From assembly GCA_034780895.1 (NCBI GenBank), contig JAUZTB010000062.1:12661165-12725164 (forward strand): DNA of 64,000 nt, in the 5' to 3' direction. This DNA is from Rhynchobatus australiae. Lineage: Eukaryota. Positions 50,391-60,330 of this stretch are shown here, piece after piece. The translations under genes were made by a program, and so were the position numbers. Every line of letters starts with the position of its first letter. The first letter of the stretch is position 1. The notes beneath the pieces are model-generated. The model was not told the origin of the DNA and searched no databases. It was given only the letters and a program-made list of their open reading frames with translations.

Positions 50391-52611
50391 TTATGTATAT
50401 TAGAAGCAATAGGGTAGGGAAAGGGTAAGTCCACTCAAGGACAAGGGAGGGAATTTATGTGTAGAGCAGAGGAAGTGGGTGAGATCCACAATGAGTACTT
50501 CACATCAATATTCACCACAGTAGACATGCATGATGGTGACATTAGGGAGGAGCATGTTGATATTCTAGGATATGTCAATATTAAGAAGGAGGAGGTATTG
50601 AGTGTCTTGAAAAACATTAAGGTGGATATCTTCAGGCCTGTTGGGACCTATTCCAGGATACTGAGGGCAAAAAGTGAGGAGATTACTGGGACCCTGACAG
50701 AGATGTTTGTAACCTCTCTAACCACTTGGCAAGTGACAGAAGACTGGAGAATAGCCAATTTGTTCCTTTGTTTAAGAAGGTTAAAAGGGACAAACCAGGA
50801 AATTGTTTGAGCATTACATCAGTGATGGGAAATTATTGAAGATTCTTAGGGACAGGATTAACTGACATTTGGAAAAGCATAGTCAGCACAGCTTTGTGCG
50901 GAGGTCACATCTCAGTTTTTTGAGGAAATGATGGAAGATGATTGATGAGGGCAGACTAGTAGATGGGGATTGTCTACATGGACCTTAGTAAACCATTTGA
51001 CAAGTCTCTCATGGTGGGCTGGTCCAGAAGATTAAGTCCCATGGGATCCATGGTGAGTTGGTCAATTAAAGCCAATATTGGCTTGGTCCTAGAAGACAGT
51101 GGTAGTGGGGTATTTTTCTGACTGGAAGTCTGTGACCAGTGGTGTTCCACAAGGATTAGTGCTGGAACCTCTGTTGTTCCTAATAGATATGAATGATTTG
51201 GTTGACAATGCAGATGGTCTGATTAGTAAGTTTGCAGATGACACAAAAATTAGTGAAGTTGTGGATAGCAAGAAAGGTTGTCAAAGGATACAGGAAGGAC
51301 ATAAGAAGTTGCAGAGACTAGGGGACTCTACCCAATACATCACGGACACATCCCTCACCACCATCGGTAGTATCTACAGGACACGCTGCCTTAAGAAAGC
51401 AACATCCATCGTCAAAGATCCCCACCATCTGGGCTATGCTATCTTCTCGCAGCTACCATCAGGCAGGAGGTACAGAAGCCTGATCACAGGTTCAGGAACA
51501 GCTACTTCCCTTCAACCATTCAGTTCTTGAACCAACTGGCACAACCCCAATCATTACAGTTTAGCAACACTATGGCCACTTTGATCACTTTGCACTAAAA
51601 TGGACTTTGTGTTGTTTTTTTGTTCTAATTGTGTTCTTCCTTGTTAAAACTGTGTATAGTTTATGCTTAATTTCTGTTTTTCTTGTGAATGCTGCTTAAA
51701 TAATGCTATGTGCCCGTGATGCTGCTCCTGTAAGTAAGTTTCTCATTGCACCTGTGCGTACATGTACTTGTGCATATGACAATAAACTCGACTTTGAGGA
51801 TATAGATCAGTTAGAAATTTGGGTGGAGAAATGGCAGGTGGAGTTTAATCTGGACAAATGTGAGGCGATGCGTTTTGGGAGGTCAAATGCAAGAGAAAAG
51901 TATACAGTAAATCGCAGGGCCCTCAGAACGTTGATGTACAGAGGGATCTTTGGGTGAAATTCTAAAGCTCCCAGGAAGTGGCAAGGGCAGTATAGAAGAC
52001 ATACTTCATTTGTTGAGGCATTAAGTATAAAAATTGGGAAGTCATGTTGCAGCTGTATTAAACTCTGGGTTGGCCACATGTGGAGTACCGTGTGCACTTC
52101 TGGTTGCTACACCATAGGAAGGATGTGAAGGCTTTGGAGAGGGTACAGAAGAGGTTCACCAAGATGTTGCATGGATTAGAGTATTTCAGCTATAAGGAGA
52201 GATTGGAAAAACTTGGGATTGTTTTCTCTGGAGCCTTGGAGGGGAAGGGGCAACCTGATAGAAGTAGATAAAATTATGAGAGGCATAGGGTAGACAGTCA
52301 GAGTCTTTTTCCCAGGGTGGAAATGTCAAATACTAGAGGGTACGTGTTTTAAAGTCAGAGGGAGAAAGCTTAAAGGAGATTTGCAAGGCAAGGTTTTGTT
52401 TTGCACAGAGTGTGGTAGGTGCCTGGAATGTGCTGCCAAGGAGGTGGTAGAGGCAGATAGGACAGCAACACTTAAGAGGCACACAAAAAGGCAGAAAATA
52501 GAGGGATACAGGCAATGTGCAGGCAGACGGGTTTAGTTTCAATTGGCATCATGACGTGATGGGCTGAAAGGCCTGTTCCTGTGCTGTACTTCTCTATGTT
52601 CCATGTTCTAT
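50391..52611 (+). mobile_element. 5'-truncated CR1 (HER1-like) LINE with RT remnant, interrupted by a Rex1 insertion
   Basis: EYFTSIFT, EDWRIAN, WKSVTSGVPQGLVLEPLLFLIDMNDL...ISKFADDTK, EYRVHFW...ALERVQKRFTKML; tail GGCCTGTTCCTGTGCTGTACTTCTCTATGTTCCATGTTCTAT. Confidence 0.93.
51296..51796 (+). mobile_element. Rex1/Babar-type LINE 3' fragment nested in CR1
   Basis: HKKLQR...SIYRTRCLKKATSIVKDPHHLGYAIFSQLPSGRRYRS, 3' UTR ending ACAATAAACTCGACTTTG; CR1 resumes at AGGATATAGATCAG. Confidence 0.85.
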
Positions 52612-52657
52612 ATTAGTAACTGAAACATAGAGAATATCTGTCAAACTAGCGAAGATT

Positions 52658-52734
52658 GTCCTGAAGAAGGGTCCTGACCCAAAACGTTGACCACCTGCTT
52701 TTCTCCACAGATGCTGCCTGGCCTGCTGAGTTCC
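52658..52734 (+). mobile_element. Penelope-type terminus with the best-preserved minimal hammerhead motif, running into gap 52735-52910
   Basis: GTC-CTGAAGA-A-GGGTC-CT-GACCC-AAAAC-GTT-GAC then CCACAGATGCTGCCTGGCCTGCTGAGTTCC. Confidence 0.8.
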
Positions 52735-54159
52735 NNNNNNNNNNNNNNNNNNNNNNNNNNNNNNNNNNNNNNNNNNNNNNNNNNNNNNNNNNNNNNNNNN
52801 NNNNNNNNNNNNNNNNNNNNNNNNNNNNNNNNNNNNNNNNNNNNNNNNNNNNNNNNNNNNNNNNNNNNNNNNNNNNNNNNNNNNNNNNNNNNNNNNNNNN
52901 NNNNNNNNNNCCACCTGCTGAAAAGAGATTCTCTTGTTATAGTACAAGTAAAAATGGCACATTTCATTAGTAGGGGCAACAATATTGTGACAGGGTTATA
53001 TACAGCACAGATTCTCATGTGAAAATTATAATCTTTCCTGGCACATATTCTGGTTGTAAAACTGCACTGGATTTTGGAAAAAAAAAGATGGTAGATTGTA
53101 TCCAGGTGCAAGTTCCTTTTTTTAAAATGAAAACATGGAGCACTAGGAATTATTATCTTCTGACACTTGAAGATCCAGTAATTCCTCAAATGCCTGGGTC
53201 CCAGTTTGTAGTTCATTTTTTTGCTGAATCCAAAATGGATTTTGCAATGTCGTTGTACAAATTTTTGTTTTCAGGATTCAGCTGGAGGTTGGCTTGGTGG
53301 GTTTTGTTTTTGTTGGCCTTGTTGTGATATTTGCCTCAACCCCCAGTCCTGTAAGCTCAGGCAGCAATGACTGCTCCAGAAATCACAGGTGGAGCAATTT
53401 GCAAACCTCAAGCACTGACTGGTGTTCAAAATCCAGAGCTCTTTCTAGCCCTCAGACGTACAACTGCAGTTCTGAATACAAATAAAAAAAAATACCACAA
53501 ACGTGCAAGTGGTCACTCACTTAAGGGCTTGCTCTTGACAGACTGGGCAGCAATGCACTGCAAGTATTTTCTGTTTGTTTCAGCTTGAGAGCATTTATCT
53601 TTCTCACTGCTCTTAACAATTCCAAATAAAATGAACTACCACTGCAGTAAGAGATCTATCACATTTGGTTGCAATGTAACTGCCCTGGTTTAGCAAATTA
53701 ATAATATTTCCCAACCAACATCTCCAAGCTTTTAATGGTTTCTACATTGAAACCTGAAATACATTTTGAATGTGTGAATGAAATTGTATAAATTAAAGAT
53801 GTTAACAATGAAATACTGTATTAGGAGTGCAGTATATACCACATTAGGTGTACTGCAACCTCCAACTTTCTTTATGATAGATTTGATGGGGTAGATAAAT
53901 ATACCGCAGTGAATAATAATTCTGACCATGGTGAATAATAATTCTTGTGCTCCTGGGAAGAAAGTTGTCTTTAAGTGAGGCTCACTGGACACATCTAGCC
54001 CTGAACATTATTTCATCGTAAAGAGTTCCATAAGCAAGATTTATTGCTACTGTAAAATAGGATTCTTTAATCGGATAACTTAGTCCATAAAAGTTTTCTT
54101 AAAGTGAATCTGTGATACTTGAAGTTAAAATGCTTGAATTTGAAAATAACAAAATTATT

Positions 54160-54301
54160 GAAGGTGATCTTGGTGTTACCAATTTAATTGAGCATAGCAT
54201 CCCTTTGTTAGATGATGTTCCAGTGCGACAGCGGTATCGGCGTATCCCTCCATCGGAATATGAGGCAGTTAAATCTCATATTAATCAGCTGCTGGCAACC
54301 C
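54160..54301 (+). mobile_element. Ty3/Gypsy pol fragment just upstream of the RT core, abutting gap 54302-54401
   Basis: GDLGVTNLIEHSIPLLDDVPVRQRYRRIPPSEYEAVKSHINQLL. Confidence 0.85.
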
Positions 54302-56457
54302 NNNNNNNNNNNNNNNNNNNNNNNNNNNNNNNNNNNNNNNNNNNNNNNNNNNNNNNNNNNNNNNNNNNNNNNNNNNNNNNNNNNNNNNNNNNNNNNNNNN
54401 NACTAATCTTTTGAACACCAGTCACATAAAAATGAAATGATTTAAATTCTACCATAATGAATGAGCATCACAATATGGACACAATAATTCTAATGGATAA
54501 ACTTTGGATGAGAAAGACCAGGTCAATCACATCACAATTAGATATTTCTGTACTTCCAGGCCTTGCAATCACATAACCCCCAGAGAAATTAAACAAAATC
54601 AACTATTGGGCAACGAATTCTACTCTGACTCCTTCAGGCATTCAAATCCAATCCAGGTGCTCTGATGGAGCTCGAGATACCTACACAGCCATTTTACACA
54701 CAGTGCAATATCTGCCTAACAATTTACAATGTGGAAAGAAAAATTAAGTTTATGTAAGTATGAAGGACTCCACCAGCATTCCAGATTATGCAGGAGTTAA
54801 TCAGTATTTCATGGGCTGTCAGGGTTAGTACACTGAAGTTTACAGAGTCCAGTTTCTTGAGTTAAGTATTTCTATGTTGTAACACCTGATACAAAACTAT
54901 TCAGCAACTCCCACTCCTCAAATATGATACCACATCACAGAAATTCTACCCTCTCGTCTTCTGAGGTGCGGGGAATCAAATGTGTGCTCAGCCATCAAGG
55001 GTGTAGTAAGGTTAAAAGTGCAATACAGAAGTCAATGCTTATACTTAAGTGTTATGAGAACCTAAATCATTCTAACTATATGAAGAAATCATGTGCTTTG
55101 ATAGTCTTGAGATTCACATTTTCAGTCTCCCAGTACTTAACATCCAAGTGCACAATGCTAAACTACAATTAAAATTGGGCTTAATCACTTCTCAAGACCT
55201 GGACACACAGGCCAAGTTAGAATGTGTCTCAGGAATGCACAAGACGTTGCCTGACAAGGTTGGCATGCGAAATGAAACAAAACTCATTGCACTTCCAGCA
55301 ACTGAGTAATTAAGGAGTTCCTTAATGTTGTTGCAATTTCCACATGGAATTCTATTTTCCACATTGCTTTTGTTTTTTTTTTGCTTTTTTTCACACAAGA
55401 ATCTTTATGAGCTTGTACATAACCAAAAAGCCAATGCAATGTAACCATGTCTCCCTTTCAACAGTAATCAACACAGGTTGTACAATTTCAACTTAATTTT
55501 CTCAATCATACAATCTTCCAGAGAACTTCTCTTTCTATTTTACAACCTGTGCATATTTTAGCTGAGTTTTTGTTTGTAACATCCAATGCATTCTGCTTAA
55601 AAAAATGTATAATTTAGTTTATCTGCACGAAACATTAAGGCCTACATGAAATACTCACCAAGTACAAATTTCCCACATTCCCTGCATTGTTTCCAGTCTG
55701 TTGATTATGAAGACTGAAGGGTGCTACAAAGGATGTTCAATTCACTCCACCAGAACATTGCTTCCAATGTGAAAAGACTCCATTTTGGGACATCCTTGTG
55801 TTTGTGAAGGTCAGTAGTTGTAAATAGTATATTTTACTTCAAATTCCCAATGAAATAAATTTGTAGTCAAAGCATTAATCATTCCAAGATCTGTCAAAAT
55901 ATGACTTAGTTGTGAAGTAATTTCTGCAGCGTCCAAATTGCCTTGTTAAATCATTGAACCACCTACTGTAGTGGCATAATATGCCAAATTTCCACACCTG
56001 GCTGCTTCTGTACCAGTGTTAACCAGTTACTGCCATGAATCACACAGCTTCATTATTGGTCCTTTTTTTATTTTATTATCTACCACAATGAATAAACAAG
56101 AATAAATAGTTATTCTAATAAAATAGTTATAAGATTTGGTATATGGATTTGTCAGTTATTAATTCCATCAGATAATGGAATACAAAAGTTGCCAGCATAA
56201 AGAAGATTGAAATATTGCTAATATTACATTTAATATTAAGGAACCCATGAAAGACACATTTATAATTGGCAGTGGCAAGGCATACAATCCCGTACAAACC
56301 TGGAGTTGAGTCTAAGATGTTACTTTTTTTCAAATCAACTGGCTGTTATTCCTAAACCGTGGCAGTGACCTGTCTGTTGTACCCTGAACACCAACAAATT
56401 TTACCTCCTGGACCTGTATTTTCCCATTAATCCTTAACTGACTGCCAATTCAATAAT

Positions 56458-56777
56458 GGCACTCAACCAGAATGCAAATTGGTACCATTGTGTGCACATT
56501 AATATTATTATCAGGAGTCTGGAAAGTAGGCTTGGTTCAGAAGGCAGCATTCTGAACNNNNNNNNNNNNNNNNNNNNNNNNNNNNNNNNNNNNNNNNNNN
56601 NNNNNNNNNNNNNNNNNNNNNNNNNNNNNNNNNNNNNNNNNNNNNNNNNNNNNNNNNGAGTCTGGAAATTAGGCTTGGTTCAGAAGGCAGCATTCTGAAC
56701 CAAGCCTACTTTCCAGACGCCTGATAATAATATTAATGTGCACACAATGGTACCAATTTGCATTCTGGCGGAGTGCC
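56458..56777. repeat. Near-perfect palindrome/fold-back (~90-bp arms) whose centre is duplicated across gap 56558-56657
   Basis: GGCACTC..CCAGAATGCAAATTGGTACCATTGTGTGCACATTAATATTATTATCAGG.GTCTGGAAAGTAGGCTTGGTTCAGAA and its reverse complement ending GAGTGCC. Confidence 0.9.
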
Positions 56778-56801
56778 TTTCCTTTCCTTTCCTTTCCTTT
56801 C
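56776..56801 (+). repeat. (CCTTT)5 microsatellite
   Basis: Direct inspection. Confidence 0.85.
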
Positions 56802-59299
56802 GTCTTCTGCTCCAACCAGGGCTCCCTCCTTGCCACCTAATCGTCACGTGGGTGCGACTAACACATGCGCAACCCCACCATCATCGCCAATCCTTCCATC
56901 CCCAGAGCAAGAAGGACTGAGCAACATTAACCCGTGATACACGTGATAATGGGAGAGCAATGGTGATTACTCAGACAGTTTGCAAATAATACATGCCTCT
57001 TCTCTCCCTCTACCACCTTTTCACTGTTTTCCCGAATGGATTATTGTGTGCAACTTTGTTCCACCTTTCTTAAATTGCAGATTAAAGACCCTTCAATTTG
57101 ACTTTGATGATTGGTTCCTTCACCCACTGGCGGGTTTCTCGTCTATTGCTGTCTGGTGTGATTTATAATTGCGAATGCAACCCGAAAGCTGGCGCTCCAG
57201 AGCATGTGACACATTGCAGCTAATGAATTGTTCAACCTTTGCAGGCATCGTGCCGGGGGTCCGCTCGGAACACCTATTCGCAGAGTTTAAACTCTTAACA
57301 GTATTGATAGTTGGGCGGGACGGGGGCGGTGAGAGATGAAGTAAATTGCCTCTGCTTTTTTTTCCCTTTCATTCTGTGCAACACCGTACAGTAAATGATA
57401 TCACTGTTTGCATTTGGCTCGCTTAGAAAGCACTGTTTATTGGTGTTCAAGATAAACCCCGCGATGAATGTGATTCCACCCGGATCTAAAAAATCAAACC
57501 GCTTTGTGTATACTTGTCCCTAAGTCATTTTGATCTTCCCTTCGCTTACAAGTTTCGAACTTGTTTTTCCTCCGCCACAGATCATTTTCGGGACGTCCCT
57601 CATTAGTCCAGGATAAGTAAAAATAAAGCAACAGACAGCACAGTAAAATCAAGTCATGAGCGTCACGTTGCCCTGTTGTGCGTCTTTAACGCCGTTGGAA
57701 ACGACTTCGGGATTCTCCGTGACTCCGAAGGACATTGAACTAATGTTTCCAAAAGTTTACTTCATGTCCAATTTGAGCCAAAAACAAGAGATTCCAAACG
57801 AATGGTGATGTGCGTCCCGTGTGCATGTTAGCGTCTGCTGAATTCAAAAGGATGAATCATTCTTTACAAATAAGTGGAACATGAAAGAGATTACGCTATA
57901 TAATAACCTCCCACGCTTTATTGACATTTTTTTGTAATTGTGAGAACTTTGAACCATAATGTTGACCTTAGTGGCAAGGGAGGACGCACAACCGAACGTG
58001 GAAGGAGAAAAAAAAACTGCTGTTTTAATTATTTTCATAAATGAGCAACAAATGGAGCTCATGAACAAGCAGCGAACATACAAATAAACTTGCAGCTCGA
58101 GGGGACCGAAATAAGAAATAAAATGGTTTGAACGTATTTTGTAAAGCCTCTGTTTCGTTTTTAACGGGTGTTGCCATATAGAATTTCAGGTTCATTTCAG
58201 GCAGGAGTGCTGACAGAACGTAAATAAACATGGTTACAAGCAGCAGAAGACAAAATTTCCCCTGCAAAACACAGGGCGCGTGCTTTGAAATGAATCTGCC
58301 CAGCAGCATCTGTAAACGATTACAATTTAGAAGTCTTCAATTACTTCAGGTACCTGCACCATACGCGCTGCCCATATTACACCCAGGAGTTATATTTCCA
58401 CAACTTCACGAAACAAAATAAATACCCCGACTACATAACAGTTTTGCGGTAACTTTGTGCAAATGGCGAATGCGTGCTTTTATAAAACAGAACACACAAT
58501 GTTACAGTGGATTACCGGTGCAAGTATTCTAAATTCGTGTCATTTGTAGCAGGGAAGCATTGATTTTGTTTTGAGATGTCATTGGTTTATCTGATTACCA
58601 GGACGTGATTCGAGAGGAGACTTAAACTCTGGTCCATATCACAGGTAGTTTATATTTAGCCGAAAACATACACTTTTCTTACGCCCACGGTTCGTTATCA
58701 CCTTAAACAAAATAGAATGACAGGACCTTATGAAGGAATGATCGTTCTGCCTAGATTTGGCGGGCCGGGGGAATGGCTACTCGGCATGGAATATCAAAAA
58801 CTCGAACGAAAGTTTTCCCGTCCTGAACAGTTTGAAAAACATCTTGATGTGATTATAAACCAGTAATAGAAGTGACAAATATAACAACCTCCAAAAAAAA
58901 TTTGCTCTTTTGATTTGTCTGTACGTTTGCTCCTTGTGTCTGAACCTATTTCACAATAGTCTGAAGTAATTCTGATGTCAAATGTAAACTTGTGTTGTTT
59001 TTTTTTTGCCTCAGTTTAATACTGCATCTTCAAACATAGCGCAAAGCAGCTAAAACCGAATGTAAATGAATCTGGATCTTTATTCTCATTATGTACAGCA
59101 CAGTAGGTTCAAGTCTAGGCTGCAGATTTGTCAAGAAAATAGATTCCACCCCCCTCCCCCAACTTAAATAATACCTTTTATTTCAACCTGTATTATTTGT
59201 GCGAAGCTTGTTTCATGTGTGAATTATTCATTTTAGAAATCGTTATAATTTTAGCTGCTCTCCCAAACGACGATTTTTTCTGTCTTAATCTACTGAGTT

Positions 59300-59336
59300 T
59301 CTCTCTTTCTCTCTCTCTCTCCCTCTCTCTCTCTCT
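59300..59336 (+). repeat. (CT)n microsatellite
   Basis: Direct inspection. Confidence 0.9.
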
Positions 59337-60209
59337 GTGACCTTTGGACTGCATGCTAAACTCAAACCTAGTTTCTGTTTGGTTCTCCCAGTTTAATACG
59401 ATATCACTGATTGAAACCTACCTCATAACAATGATCCCATTGTGAGAGTATTAACAGTGACTGGACAGTTTTCAAAGCCCACAAGGTGATACCAACACGC
59501 TATTTCAGGTGGATCTGTACACTATTATTTTTTTTTAATAATGAACATCTATTGCCCAATAATTGACAATATTTTCTCCTTTGGAGAAAATCCCTCAATT
59601 TGTTTAAATGTATTACCATGTAAAATGTAATAATTAACTTAAAATAGAACTATTTTGTTGATATATTTGGACTGAGTTCTATCTTGCTAAGAATTCCAAG
59701 TACAGCCAAATCAAACAAACGCCAGTATTGTTTAACCTTGTCCAGTTATACTTATATTGGATATTATAAAAGCTGAGGTGACGTAACTGCCGAGCAGGAA
59801 AAGAAATCTGCTCCTTGTTGACCAATACCCCCTGACTATATTTAAGAGCTAACACTCGGATAATTACAAAGTGATAAAATAAAATCACCATGGATTTGGT
59901 AGCAGTTGCTTTTGAAACCATAAAGCAGGGGAAATGTTGTTCTGTAAGCAAAAGGCCTGGGCTTTCAGAAGGATATTTAAAATTTATGTTGAATACCTCA
60001 AACAAAATGTAAAGTAAACTGAATTGAATTGGGGAGGGTTTTCTGGACGCAAGTGTCGCGCAGCTTACAGCACTGTATTTTGCATCAAAGCACATGTCAA
60101 ATGCCTTTACTGTGCTGTGCCTGACTCATAAACCACATACAATCTCTTCAAATCTCTCAACAGTTTACCATCAAATAGAGTGGCTGGCAAAGGTGTCCTG
60201 TCGCTCCTC

Positions 60210-60330
60210 ACACTGCTGAGCATGCGCAGGAAGCGCCCCAGCCTCTCCCACAGTGAACTGCACAAAACTGAACATCGGTCCTGACCCTTCCAATAGAGCA
60301 GGCTTCCTCTTCGCTGACGGCACCAATCAA
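60210..60330. promoter_or_regulatory. Promoter-like motif cluster
   Basis: TGAGCATGCGCA (NRF1-like, 60217) overlapping CAGGAAG (ETS-like); CCAAT at 60290 and 60323. Confidence 0.45.

Noticed and set aside
53275-53485. Possible exon encoding a hydrophobic helix after TTTGTTTTCAG
   Set aside because: Hydrophobicity follows from GT-rich low complexity; no partner exons or recognisable family
59571-59591. Hairpin ATTTTCTCC-TTT-GGAGAAAAT
   Set aside because: A 9-bp stem is expected by chance at this window size
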